Of a stretch of DNA of 64,000 nt, positions 1 to 13,800 are shown piece by piece. The notes beneath the pieces were generated by a model. The model was not told the DNA's origin and ran no database searches. It saw nothing but the letters and a program-made list of their open reading frames with translations. Made by a program: the position numbers and the translations under genes. Location of the stretch: contig CAJINV010000001.1 of assembly GCA_905178155.1 (NCBI GenBank), positions 5,598,757 through 5,662,756 on the forward strand, in the 5' to 3' direction. The DNA is from Amoebophrya sp. A120. Taxonomy: Eukaryota > Protista > Dinoflagellata. Positions within the stretch are counted from its first letter, which is position 1; each line of letters begins with the position of its first letter.

Positions 1-2970
1 AAGGTCAGCGCATTCAGAGCCTCGGCGGTGGTGGAGCCGGTGGCCGCCTTCGCGGATGAGCTGCTAGCGCCTGCCGCCGTTCCTGGGACCCCTGCGCTTT
101 TTCCTGCTTGCATCGCTTTGACCATCGCCTTGCCACGTGCGTCGACCTCCTTCCAAGCTTCACACGTCTTTCGCTGCGAGTCCTTGCATGCCTTCTGCAG
201 CTTCTTGCGCAAAGCCTCCAACTTTGGGTCGGACTTGGCCAGGGCGAGCATTGCAGCCTTCTCGGACTCCGGGCCGCCGCCGTTGCTGCCCTCGCGTCGC
301 TGGCCGAGATATACCTCGAGGGAATGCAGGCTCTTCTTCTGGTCCGCGAGCGGGAGGCAGAGGCTCCCGAGAAAGGCCGCAGCATCGAACTCCAGGGGGA
401 ACTCTCGCAGAGTCGGGTGAAGTTCGCAGGCGCACCGGTCCAAAATCAGGCAGCAAGTGAGGCCGCAGAGAATGACGGCGCTCAGCCCGAGCAGGTCCTG
501 TTTCTGTGTGGAGTCGCCAGCGCCGTCGGCTGTGTCGCCACCGCTGGCACCGTGCAGCTCTTGGCCCAACTGCGTAGAGCGCTGCAGCAGCTCGGTCAGT
601 GGCCCCCGCAGCAGCCGCCGCCCGTCCTCGTCCGTGGCTGTTAAATCGTCGAGCGCTTTCGCGGTTACTCGTCCGGAGTCGAGATAACCCCACAGGGCCG
701 CGATGTTTTCCTGCACATCCAGCAGCGTTTCGGCAAAACCTTCGCGCCCTCGCTGCATCCGGGTGCGAATGCCTTGGATCCCGAGAAATCGACAAATGCC
801 CAAGAGGTTGTGGAGGTTCGTCACGACGCGCACGACGTCGTCGTCTTCTTTCGGGGACTTGGATGCTTTCCCGCCTACCTTCGCCGGCGGCGCGGAAAGA
901 TCAGCAGGCAACAATCGCCGCCGCGCAAAGTCGGGCTGCGGTTCCGGAGCAGTGGGCACACCTGAAGACGCGATCTCCGATGGCTTTGCAGTGGCTTCTA
1001 GCTGCATCTTCCACGATTCAATGCTGGAGATCGAAAACGGCCACTTCTCATCCACATCCTCCCGCGTTAGGGACACGGTGCAATCCGGCTGTCGGGGGTC
1101 CAGGGAGCTTTCGACCGTTCTGATCAAGTCGGTGGCCGCGTCGACGGCCTCGTTTGTCGCTACGCGCTCTGGGTCAAACGACGCGCTGGTACCTGGAGTC
1201 GGAAGATGGCAAGATGAGAGAGTAGACAACGTCTGTGTATAATGCGTGTAGGAACCGATGACTCACGGTGCCGCACTGCATACGGGGGCGTCTTACTTCA
1301 TGAGAAACGTCGAGTTCTTTGTAAAAGAGAATTGGAAGTATTTAGCTACACGTGGCTGCTGATCGATGAGGAATAAAAACGCATCTACGAGCCTTCTACC
1401 TTCATGTCTTTTTTGTAATTTCAACAGTCGCCGCGCCAGCTTTCGACTGCCCTCAATAAACGCTGATAGCCTGGTCACCTTCGTCAAGTCCTGCACGGTA
1501 AGTTCCTGGTCATCGGGCGCGGCCATCTGCTGGAGCTGCCAACACAGATACCGATGCCAAAGTCTTTTTGGAAGCAGTGGATCACCCAAAACTTGATCGC
1601 CGTAAAATTTCAAAATGGACCGAATCGCAGCCCACGAAGCACTCCGCCGCCAGCCCGAATGGTTATCGTACGGAACGTCGCGGACCTTGAACGTCGTCTT
1701 CCGGGTGTTGGGCGCCGGCTCAGCACCGGCCGTTTGCAAGAAAAGCTGTGTGATCATTTCCGTGTTCGATCCCGTGCTTGCACGCCGCTGCTGCGTCTTC
1801 CTCTTGGGCTCATTTATCAAGACGGCCGGCTCCGCCTCTTGCGCGCCAAAATCTAAATCGAAATCAAGCTCCTCTGCATAAAACTCCTCTTCAGCAGCTG
1901 CGCCCGGCATGAAGTCATCAGCATTATCAACACCGAAAGCGTCCTCTATGACGATCGGACTTTTTCCGTCTTTTCGTAGCTTCACCGCTGCGGCGCCGCG
2001 CTTTTGCTTCTTTGCTGCAGGCGACTTCGGCCCAAATTCGTCGTCGCTCGCTTCCAGTTTTAGGCGCTGGGGCTCCGGTCGCGCTGGCGTTGACCCTAAT
2101 TTACTGTCTGGGGTATTCGAAAAATCCGCAAGGACGCCAGCGAAGTCCGGGTCGCGTGCCTGCTCGTATTCGACAAAATGCCGCTGCTCCGGGACGCTTT
2201 GCATCGTGAACATTTCCATGGTGTCGGATTGCTGAGAAGGAAGAGAAAGGAAGTGTCACAAGTCATCAAAGGATGTTGCAGTGAATCTTCAATTGGTGAC
2301 AAAAACAAGCCGCGAATCCAAGGTGTCTGACGCTGCCAGAGAGTTCTTAGGCCGTCTGCAATGAATATGGCACACATCTTCAAGCGGCAAATATGTAAAA
2401 TAAGAGCAGGGCCACCCGCGCGCCTGGTGCCCTGCTGGTGTTCGAAATCGAATGCAAAAAAATAAGACGGGAAATTTGAATTATAAGTACCTTTATCAGT
2501 GGAAGTTGCACCTGCCACGAGCTGGCCATCACTACGCTGCCCTGCAATTTCTCAAACACGAGCATCGTGTTTAGGGAGCGGACCCAGGCGGCAGCACAGT
2601 CCCCCGTCTTCAAGGCGGACAGCTGCTGTGCCAGCCGGCCGCCGTTGAGTCCGCCGCCTTCAACGTCGTGTGCAGCCGAAAACTGCTGCAGAAAACTACG
2701 CAGCTTCTTGAGGTTTTTCGATTCGTGTCCAGGGAAGGACTCCGCTGACCAAAATGCCGCAGGGCGCGAGCCCAGAAACTCGAAAAAGTTATCCATGGTT
2801 CGGGTCTGGTTCTCATTTTCCTGCATGGTGGCTGGCAGACCCAAAGGTAGGAACAGACTGTTGAAGGCACTGTATCCCGCCGGCAACGCCTGGAAGTCGA
2901 GCTTGTCCTTGGACCCGACCTTCAGGTCGAAGAGGGGATCCCCTCCGTCGATGCTCTGCCTGTCCTCCAT
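1..2970 (-). CDS. 5' part of a third giant DUF6606/DUF3638/DUF3645-family paralog, running off the left edge. Inferred exons 2970-2491, 2231-1400, 1192-<1
   Basis: N-terminal SAFNSLFLPLGLP...WVRSLNTMLV matches AAFNSLFFPTGVP...WIRAQNTMLV (18.4-18.7 kb). WRRSASWAAIR matches WRRSETW and WRRSSAWAAVR. An unlisted open frame from 1192 to 1 gives LLDVQENIAALWGYL and LTCCLILDRCACELHP, matching both other copies. GT-AG introns 2232-2490 and 1193-1399 restore the frame. Confidence 0.8.
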
Positions 2971-3525
2971 GGTCGACCGCGAGAAATCCTCAACCGCGGT
3001 GACTCAAAGGCAAAGCTGTAGTCGCCGGTGTCGCGGGAGTTGTGCTGGAAACATCGTAAAAACTGATGCCCAACACCTTAATGGTCGTTCGCTTTTCACA
3101 ATTCATTTTTGTCTATATTGTAAACACATAATTGTCATGTAAGAGTTTGTCGAAGAATCAATTTTTGCGGTATCTGGTGCATTACGCCATTTTTACGTGT
3201 GGGTCAAAGTCAATCATGGCTTGTACGAATCCAGAATTTAAAATTAGCCAGCATCGCATCGATAAAAAGTAAAACAATGAATTAATAACTTGAAAGAAAA
3301 ATACGACGTCAACTATAAAGTTGAAACATCAATGTCGCCTAGGGTACAACTCTCTATCTAACTTTCTCCAACATATTTATAGATGCACACTGTCTGAAAT
3401 TATGATTGATTCAGCTTATACGTAGATTCATCGAGAGTGAGTCGTTGGCTAAACTAGGGCCAAGAGTCAAAACAGGTTACACTGCACCATGTGCTAGTCT
3501 ATATCTGATACGACGAGTGCGAGTC

Positions 3526-3565
3526 ACGACATCCTTCCATCTGGCCAACGACATCCTTCCATCTG
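3526..3565. repeat. Two tandem copies of acgacatccttccatctg (22-nt period)
   Basis: Read directly from the sequence. Confidence 0.8.
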
Positions 3566-3686
3566 ACTTCACGTACTGTCTCTTGTACGCACGCATCTGT
3601 CCGAACCTTGTTCGCATACACGCACGCTTCAATCTTTCAGCTTGAGACCGATGCCCTGTTATCGTGAAGGATCGTGTTAATACTCG

Positions 3687-3766
3687 CTGCATTCGGCACC
3701 TAATCAAGAGCACATCAAACCTTCATCTGCATTCGGCGCTTAATCAAGAGCACATCAAACCTTCAC
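3687..3766. repeat. Two tandem copies of a 40-nt unit (ctgcattcggcRcYtaatcaagagcacatcaaaccttca)
   Basis: Read directly from the sequence; 3 mismatches between the copies. Confidence 0.9.
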
Positions 3767-4843
3767 CTTCAGTCCGTTTTTCTCACCCAGCAACAAGATC
3801 TTTACATCGGTAGTTCATCAGAACTTTCACATCCCCCACTGGGCACTATCACAAAGTCGTACTAGGAAACACCGAGCATCGGTTTAACCTGCTAGATCCT
3901 GGTAGGTAGTCGTAGTCGACCGAGCTGGTACATTTCGCAGATCTTTGCATGAATCGCAGACGGCATGGCGCGTATCAAAGCTCCTGTTACGCCTTACCTT
4001 GCATTCCATTTCCTGCAGCTGATCTTCTTACTGCATTACCAAGAACCAGCACACGAACTGCACCTGGTGATCTTCACAACAGCCATGAGCCGATCGCTCA
4101 CTCACAACAGCACTACAACTACAATCGTCCGAGACGGGACCGATAGAGGAGGGTTTCACCCTCAGACGAGTATCATCATTTTCATGCTCGAGACACGAAG
4201 CAGATTGACCGAGAAAGATTTTGAACTTCAACGGACGGAAAAATTGCATTTGACCAAGGGCCAACTTTTTCGCCTGCCTCGCAGCAAACGAGTCCACACC
4301 GACACACTCATGAATTGACACGTCGTACGAAATGACCACAAGAACAGAATGCCCCGCGCAGGTACCTTCGGGCTCCTAGTTCATCACTCTCGAAAAATGC
4401 AGTGAGTACACTAATGAAATGAGAAAAATGGGAATGAGTTCGTCTCTTTCGCGCAAGATGCGTGGTAGGCTTACAAATCAGTTTCGAATACTCTCATGCG
4501 CGACAGTCGTCAACTTCCAAAAAAATTCGATACGTTGTCTTCATGTTCCAGAAGGGGATGGTAATTCGTATTTGTCAACAATCGTATGCAAGTAGCATCG
4601 AAAAGCAAGTGCGATGCCACTGGCCTGCGAAAAAGGAAATCGATTGTGGAATAGAACGCATTTTTACTTTGGCCTTTCTCCACAGAGTAGCGTGTCGGTT
4701 TTGTCTCGCCAAGAATAAAGGCAAGAAAAATACTACTTACTCTAGAGGAATAATACTGCGTGCTCTATTGCCGCTGTGAGGTTGACAGTGCAGATTCAGA
4801 TACTAGTTAAGTACGCTTTTCATTCATATCATCTTGCGGTCGA

Positions 4844-7800
4844 CTAGTTTTTTCCGAATGCTTCGGCTCCAGTCACCATACCACCGCACCCTAGCAGTCG
4901 TCCCATGGGAGAAGTGGGTAGCTCACCGCCAAGATTGCGACACTCAATATAGAAGTGGCGTAGCGCAGCCAACGGGCTCCTCACAAAGGGCGAGTTGATT
5001 CCGAGAATCTCCCGCGCTCGTCCAGGACGTACAAACCCGTCCGCTTCAATCTCATTCGCTGCCACGCTTGCGCCCGGGTCTCGACACAAGCCCAGGTACC
5101 CGTTGAGTTTAACCCGGAGTGCCGGTCCGGGGAACAACGTCCCTGCATAGAGATGCAGCGGAAGAAAGTCGACCACTTCGAAGTTTGGCTGCGCGCAGTT
5201 CGGAGTACCGGAGCTTCGCGCTTGACTCGAAAATGAAGGCACGACGGTCGCGATGCGCGACTCGGCATTTTCGTCATCCGGAAGACAAGAGACCGCGAGA
5301 TCCCGACACCGAAGAGGGTAATCCGCCTGGTCTTGTCTCGCGATCGCCTCAAATTTCCGGAGATTAGGCGTGTCTGCGAATTTTTCTTCCGCCTCGTAGT
5401 TCGAGATGACAACTACAGCCTCATCACTTGAAGACACAGCGAATCGCACCACCCAAGTCGGAGTCTTGAGAAAGTGCTCACCACCAACGTCTCCCTGAAC
5501 AGTTCGCAGAAACTCCTTCGAAACCCAAATCTTCTCGCTAAAAAGCTGCAATGCGGGAGTCAACTCGGGGACGGTGTCTGCAAGCGCAACAAAACAAACC
5601 TGAAAGTAGTATCTATCATTTCATGAACATTCGATTTGTGCTTTTTAGGACCGACCGCGAGCTACATTTGTATGTTGAATCTGAAAAGGTGGCGCTACAC
5701 TTTGCGTTGGCTATGCCACGCCGACGTGCTTGCCTTTCTTGCTATTTCAATCTTTCTTTGCGCGTGCACTCGTCAAACATAATATACTTACTCAATTACC
5801 TTGAGTTTCTCATTCGGAAACGGTTTGTCCTTGTCGATCGCACGTCGAAGAGCTTCGATTCCGGGGGAAAACTCTGGCTCCCTTGGATCTGGAGCTCCTG
5901 CTTTTTCATTTTGCCGTTCCTCCTCCAATTCCTGCTCGAGTTCGCGCTCTTGTTCATCCTCAAGGGCGCATCCGTGTCGCCTGACGTGCGGAACGAGTTT
6001 TTCGACCTGCTTCAGGATTTTCTGTGCCAGGGGGTCACCCTTATCAAGCCAAGGCCGAAGCTCAGCACGCGTGCGATCAGGAATTTTCTCGCAAGTCCGC
6101 GCATGCTCGTACTGGTCCTTCAATGTCATCACTTCGTCATTTACGCACCCAGCCGCAAACCTACGAAATCCTCTGATATTGGCGGGGTCTTGTTCCCCCT
6201 GGTCTTTTGCTTGAGAATCCCTCTCCACTGCCTCTGAAGTTAGAGGAGACGGGAGTGTGCCATCGTTGTTTTCCGCACTGCCGCTGGCGTCGGCCGGTTG
6301 CTCATCTCTTCTTGTGTGACTATCGTTGGTTGGCTGCAACAAGGGAGAACTAGTATCGGCACCCTGGGGCGCAGATTTTTCTGGATCGCATAGGTGCTCC
6401 CTTCGTAGACACGATTTTTTTACGTTTTGCAGGCCCTGACAGACGTAGTGATTTACCAAGCCAGCCAATTCCTCAACCGTGTTCGACGTCGCCCATTCAA
6501 TGACGCGGTCTACGTTCGCTACTTCCGTTTCCGCTTGCGATTTCTCCCTTTTTTCTCGCGGAGCAGAAGAGAGCTCTTGCTCCAGCTTATTGATCTCAAG
6601 CTCGAGGTCCTCGAGTCTCTGCCTCATTCCCGCGTCGAGCTCCTCGCCGTCCTCCTGCCAAACTTGTAACTTTGCCTGCTTCGCACGCTTGGCCTCAAGG
6701 TCCGCCTGGATCTGGTCTCGAGTTAACGCACTTGAGCCTGAAGATAACTGGGCCGCACGCTGCACCAAATGGCGACCAACCTCGGCCGATGCGATAAAGC
6801 CGACAGACTGCCCGGCTCCGAGTCCACGCATGCGCCAACAGGTCTGCAGAAGTTTATCGAAGGCGAGCCCTTTCCCAAGCGTGACAAGTCCGCGCGCCCG
6901 CGGAGGCAGCGGGAAGTCGGTTCCCCGGGTGTGCCAGTCGTCAACGAAAACAAGGCAATCTTCCATGTTGTTCGACACGAAAGAGGATGCGAATGGGACA
7001 TCGTCGCCGGTAGAAGATAGCAAGACCCGCTTGTTGTGGTTGTTATCAAAGAAAACTGCAGCCCGAGCATCGGGCCGACGTTCCAGCCACTGGCGGCAAA
7101 ACTCGCAGCTGTCCAGCTCTAAAACGAGCGCACCGGCGTCGAGTACGACACTGAAAGACCGATCGGACGCAACTGCGTCCAAAACTTGCGAAGACAAAGA
7201 GGCGCCGCGTTTTGTCTGCAGAAGCTGGTTGTTCTCTGGCCGTCGCAACCCAGATAAGAGCGTGCCCTTTGCAGCCTGGTTGCAAGCGAGATTTTTTTGG
7301 GAAATCGTCGCAGGGCAAACTAGCTTGAGATCGTCGGTGCCAGCGAAGCCGAGCGTCTGGCTTTCCCCTTGATCACGAACTGGAGGGCACAAATCCCAAG
7401 GAGTTGCTGTCACTTTCAGTGGGTACCGCCGCGCCTGATCGGGGAGAACAATCTTCATCAGCCAGAAGTTAACCACGTCCATATTCCGGCACAGAGCTGG
7501 GCAGAGCTTGTCGTCAAACGTTTTCGAGTCATCGACATTGACACTTTCCAGGTGCGGACAATCAGCCGCCACACGTCCCTCGACGCTCCCGATCCAACCG
7601 TTGTAAGTTGCAGCGGCCTCGGCCGGGGATAGCTGCCGCAGCTTGCTGAATACATCCCGAAGATGCGGAGTTGTCAATCCCTGTCGATAGTATGTTGAAA
7701 ACGTCAACAGGAGCGCCACATCTGGTTGTGCGAATTCGCTCCGAGCGGAGGGCTTGTCCTTCGCGATGTATGGAACCGCGATATCGCACGACGCTCTCCC

Positions 7801-10800
7801 AATCGGAGCTCCGTACTGCACTCGATAGCGCATAGTAAGGACTTTCTTCAAAACGCCATACAGCAACAGGCCGCGATAGATTCTCGCAAGCTTTCTTATA
7901 TCTTCGTTCGGCAGTGCGGCAAAATAGTTTGCGGGCCGCTCCTGCAGGACTGCGTGTTCCCAGTTTTTCAAATCTTCATCGGACAGATGTTCCTCGCGGT
8001 AACGCTCAAGGAGGCGTATGCGTACCTGCTTCACAATCTTCAGCTGCAGCCGTCCGTAGGCACTACTCTGCTTGGGGTGATCCAGTAGACGCAATGGAGT
8101 AAACTGCCCTGCCTGCGGCCGCCCCGGCGCACCTCCTTCAATTTCGATCACGTCTCTGCCAAACTCCGGGTCTGCTAACAATGCTTCGCCTTCCGCCGAA
8201 GCGCAGCGTAGTACTAAAGCAGCGGCAGCGTAGCGCTCGTCGCCGCCATCCAGCGCGCTTGCATCACCTAGCGTGTATGCGAGCTGATTGCGCGGCGCTA
8301 ACATCTCATCGCACTCATCCAGTATGTTTACGCAGTTATCCTCGAGAAAGCGCGCTACGTCGAGAACACCGGAAAAGCTTGTGGCCTCTGGCCGCTCGAG
8401 TTTCTTCGCCTTGTTGTGATACGCCAGTGCGATGGTTTTGCACTCCAGCGACATGCGGTCCTCCGGCGTCATGATAAGCATGCCCCCCTCAGCTTGATGG
8501 CGTTTTAGATCCAGAAGTAACTTATAGCACTGACCTTGCGAATGGTTCCTCTCCCGCGAGAACCGAAGCGCAAAAACTTTTTTGTTCACAATTCCACCAA
8601 GCTTGTGCTGCCAGTCTCTGGCATTGTCGGGTAGCAGCGATGGCAAGACGGTCGCGCGAGTGAGGCGCTTGCTGAATCCTGGGCATGAGTCGATATCTGA
8701 GGCACGGGACAATGTGACGTCGCACAATAATTCCGGCAGCAGGGGCATGACCACAGCCGTTTTGCCTTGTCCCATGGAGCACTGAGTCAACTGGTTTTCT
8801 GTAGCTCCGGCGAACTCCCGCATGAGAGCGGCTTGGCTATCCCACACGCAAAGGTTGTTGTCCACCTCGAATGCTAACACGCCGGGATACCGCTCTGGTT
8901 CGGTCCACCCAATATTGTCTACTTCCTGCTGCAACTTCGTACTCCAGTCATTTTGCGACACCAATAGAAGAATGCGCTTTGCCCTCTGGTAAAGCCTAAC
9001 CTTCAGAAGATACGTCGTCACGCACGAGAGCAGCCCCAGCAACCTTTGATCAACAGAATTCCCACCTCTGCGAATGCAGTTCACTTCTCGTTGCTTCCGA
9101 CACCACCACCGTGCAAGCGGTACGGGTGTTATTGGCGCCAAAATTCCGCAGGCGAAAGCCGGAGCTGCAGTGCCATCAGAGGCCGAAGACAGTCTTGTGC
9201 TGTGAAATTCTTGTTCGACATCACATCGAGCTTTACGCATGTGGATCTGCATGTCAGCGCACACACGTTTCATATAGCGCTCCATTTCGTCATGTGCAGC
9301 AGCTGTCTGAGGCACACGTTGAAGCAGTTCTTTGCCGATCAAGAATTTCTTCGCTGCACTCCAGCTCCTCTCACGGTCTTCCTGCAGATGATTGGCAATG
9401 TCTTGCAAGCTTGGCACAACTTGTGCCCGCGGCAGCGAGGATGTAGAAAAAAAAGAGTCGTGATCGTCCGCGGTTGCAACTACGTTTCGACTAGAAGCGG
9501 GCGCCGAATGAACGTTTTTGTTGCTCGTAGGACTGGCACCCCGTCGTCGACGTTTGGTCTCTGCCTTTTCGTTGGCCTGTTTCAGGTGGTCCCAGAAGCC
9601 GTTAGGGGAGGGCATGAAGAAAAGGCCGCTTAATGCGGATTCAGCTGCTTGATTTTGATCGCCATGCATCTGCCGGTACTGTGCACCGCCACAGTCGATT
9701 TTTTCAAACGGCGACTGCGTATCTTCAAAACGTTGCGGCTGCGCGGAACCGCTTTTGGTCGAGCCAGCAGAGGTGCTCAGTGGTGTAATTATTGCCCGCT
9801 CTGGTGAGTTCGATGCGATATCAGTAGGATCTCCCAAGGTGGTTGAATTAGTGGAGCGCGGCACGATGACACGATCAGATTTCTTTTCATAAGCGGGTGT
9901 GCTTTGAGTCGTCGTTTGAGTCAAGGTGGAGCCCGCACTCACTTCTCGCTGCTGAAAAAGGAAATCCGCTTCTACTGACTCCGTAAACGAGAAGTGCCTG
10001 CGCCATCGTCCGTTTCCATGTGGCGGCCCGCCGTAGTCTTGTTTTGGAGAAGCTCTGGTATTGCTTGAACTAGCGCTCACTGCGACATTCCTTTGTGTTT
10101 GTTGCACTTGCGAACGCGTTGCGGCTGCTGACCCACTGGAGTTGGTTGCTACACTTCCCCTGTTGAAAATTTCGACAGCGGACGCAGTGGTGCGAATCGC
10201 CGATGTCAGATTTTGGACAAATTGGTGCAGCTGGTTTGCGGCTCTCCAACACCCGAACGCACCGTTAATGTCGTTGACGGTATCGTTTATCATCTGCTTT
10301 GTCCACATGCGGTTTTGGCCACTTGGGAAGGCAGTCAGAAGTTCACTGGAAAAGTTTTGATTCTGGCAAAATGCCTGCTGCGAAAGTTCTTCGATTTGGC
10401 TGATGGCGTCTCGTCCGTCCTCTCGCTTTGCGGCTATGGCGCTGCCTCTCTCTTTTTTATTTTGGCAATGATGCTCAGCAATAGCCCTGATGGTGGCACC
10501 GCAGAAGTTCTTCTCCGAAGGTTTGCTGTACTCTGGATGTTGTGGCACTGCTAGTGCTGCCGAGTTGAGCACAGACATCATTGCGCTCGAGTGCTGGCGT
10601 GCGATTTGCTGCTGCTGCCAGCGAAGTATCAATAGAGCCGCGGACGTATCATCCTCCGGGCGTTCGAGAAACAAACGAGCGAAAAAAAGGCTTAGCCTGA
10701 TAGAGTTGTTCTCATGTGTGGCGGGATCCTTCATCAGCTTTTCGCCCATCGCGTAAAGCTCCAAAAACCAATCTCCAATATCGTCTTCAGTTGCCTCTCC

Positions 10801-13800
10801 GTCGTCTTCCCCAAAACGCTTACGATCCTCCACAAACTCCGCAGCGGCTTTTAGCGCCCAGGGTTGCCGTTCGTCGTGTAGCAGTGTCGTTTTGGGATTG
10901 ATTCCGCCCGCACATACTGGCAAGCCCTGAAGTTTAGAACGCTGCGTGGAAAGCAGAAGGCTTGGTAATTTGGTCACCACACTCTTGGCCACCATGCACA
11001 GACTCTCGCCGTTCTTGAACGAACACAGACCGATCTGTTCCAAGAAATGAAGCTCGTGCGGAAAGAAGACAGGCGTCAGAGAATACGGAGAGAGATAATA
11101 TTCACGTGATGCCGGCTGCTGCATCGGGGCAAAACAATTTGCATGCTGTCCTTTCGACGGACCTGGCTGGGCACCGTGATGCGGACCGTCATCGCGTGAC
11201 ACGCAGCTACTCGGAAGCGTTCCCGGCCAGCAAGCGACTGCCATGCTGGGGCGGCTAGTGCCCGGAAGAAGATCGTCTTCCGCCAATCCGTACCAAGCAC
11301 GAAGCCCCGTCGCTGCTATCGCAGCGGGAAATCCTTGATAAATCTCAAGTGGAGTCAGCTGTTGATCGCTAGGACGGTATTCCGCACTTCGTAAGTAGGT
11401 CCACATGCTTGATGGCGACAGTCGTGAACCTCGAACCTTTTTCCAAAGATCCAGCCAATCGGTATTTCCCGTGCGAAGCACATGGGATTCAAAAGCTTCG
11501 AGCTTACTCAACTTTGTGTTTTCTTGTCCGGTACCGAGTAGTGCTGCGTTCGTTTCGTCGAAAATGATCGAGGCTAAGCACGCGATCGCTTGGGTGGCGC
11601 ATTGCGGCTCGAGAGTTCCGCTCCAAAGACGGCTACACTTAGCATCTTGTTGTCTCCAAGCGACCATTCCTGTGTGCGACGAAACCTGTGGGCAAAGTGA
11701 ATCGAAGCTGAAAGAAAAACGTGCTGTTTTTCTTTCTTTTCCTTGTCGTCAGTCTAGTCTAGAAATACTAGAATGAAATTGCACCTCAAAAAAAGACCTC
11801 CTCAAATAGAAACTATGGGTATCTACGGTTGTACCTATCATCAAAAGAGCTACAAAAGGACTACGATTAGTACTTTAATTCTCGACCCACTTTTTGTTTT
11901 TCAAAAATATATGCAAAACAGGGACAAGAATGGAGAGTATAGGCTGTACAAAGTACGAACCACACGCATCACTTGCAGAACGCGACAGCTGTCAATCATA
12001 AAAAACGAAAGATATTCACGCATTAAACATAAGAATAAAAATATGTCACGTGATATCATTCTCATTCGACATCTGTTGGCTCAGATACAAGCAAAAGAAT
12101 ACTTCGGCGAGCTCCACGAGCACCTTGTGGCACGTCTTCAGCTCTGCAAGGTCAGACAAATCTGGCGCACTGGAAATATTTCCCCGGACACGTCCTGAAC
12201 GCAGAATATCGATAGCCGTGGCTGTTCCTGTCCGGCCGGTAAACGGGTCTACACTTAGTCGTGCTGTCAGGGCCATGAGAAATGCCAGATACAAACTGGC
12301 CGATCTGGTTTTGCTCATCGGGTGGAGATCTTGCAGCTCATTTCTCACTTCGTACAAGAAGAAAGGCGGACTGCGCGGCGTTTGCAAAGATATCGATGTA
12401 CCTCCTGATACAGGGTCCCGTCGAGCGTTCGAGAATGGGAGCAGCAGAACGCTACGCTCGATGTGTGGGTTGCGCTCGCTATCTTCAAGATCTTCCTCGT
12501 TCGCAGATGCTGGCCGTTTCTGGCCTGAACCTCCCGACGCAGCTGTTATGGGCTGCCCCCGGGTTACTTCACTTCGGTTTCTGCTCGATCCGTGGGCTTC
12601 ATCGTCTGCTGTTTGCGTCCCACCTCTTGAAAACCGAAAATTGGACGAAGGGACCGAACACAGAGAGCATGCTGGGGGAAGGGAAGTGAGCAGTAGGCCA
12701 TGTCGAAGTCCCTGCAGCACGCCGAGACCCTGCTGCTCTTGTGCCACATACCGGTTTCCAATATCAGGAACTTGTATCAAGTTGACTTCCTGATCCCGCA
12801 AGCCTTGTTTTTGGAAATGCGGCTGGACATCGGTCAGCAAAGAAGACTTACTCCCAATCCTTTTCCTGTCTTGCTCCAAACGAAGGACATGAAAAACCAA
12901 ATCATCGAAGCGTGGAAGCTTCACTTTCAACAAAGACAGGCAGTGCTGATGTGCTGCTGCAGCCGCCTCCGCAAATTTTTCGTTGCAGTCGTGGCCTGCG
13001 AAAACAAGGACCCACGGTGGAAGCTCCACACGGCAGAAGATGCTACTCCACAAACGTTGCACAACGTCCGAGTTTGGTGACAGCAGTAGCTCGTTAGTTT
13101 TGTTGTTGACCAATTCACACGAAGAGAGGCACAGTGTGTAGTCCGCATCACCCTTAATGAAGAGCGGGCAATCGTATCTTTTCGGCCGAAATTCGATCGC
13201 AGTACAGAGATCTTCTGGAGATTCTGGCAAAGGCCGATGCACTAGCCAATGGCTGTAATTGATGATCAAGTGATACGGTAAGTCGTCTTTGCTACCGCCA
13301 TCCAAGTTCAACTTTGAAGCCGCTACTTCCTGTTCGACCATCCCGGGTGTCTCAGTTGCTGCTGCTGCTCCAGTCGTCAAGCCATCTGCTCCCGACAACG
13401 CAAAAGAGTTGAAGTAGGCGGTGGCCCCCGGGTGCCTGTGCTCCGACTCATCTGATATTAAGGGTGACGACAACGCGCCATGGAGGTTCAACATGGCTCC
13501 AGAGTCGGACATAACCGGCCCACAGTCTTCCATGCCAGTCACGAAAGCGTCGTTGACCGGCGTCATCGAATAATCGAACGAGTCGCCATTTAGAACCAGA
13601 TCGAGGTCTTCCCCAAGATTCGCAGCCTTTTTGGACGTGAGGCCGCGAGATTTGTTGCTCGCGTCTGCCACCTTCGGAGTTTGGAACGCTGTGGCAGAAA
13701 GCAGAACAGCCCGGCGTCCGTTGCGGTCCTCGATAATGACAGGCGGTTTGGACATGTCCGGATGCTGAAAGCTAAAAGTAGCGCCGTCAACTTGTGCTTC

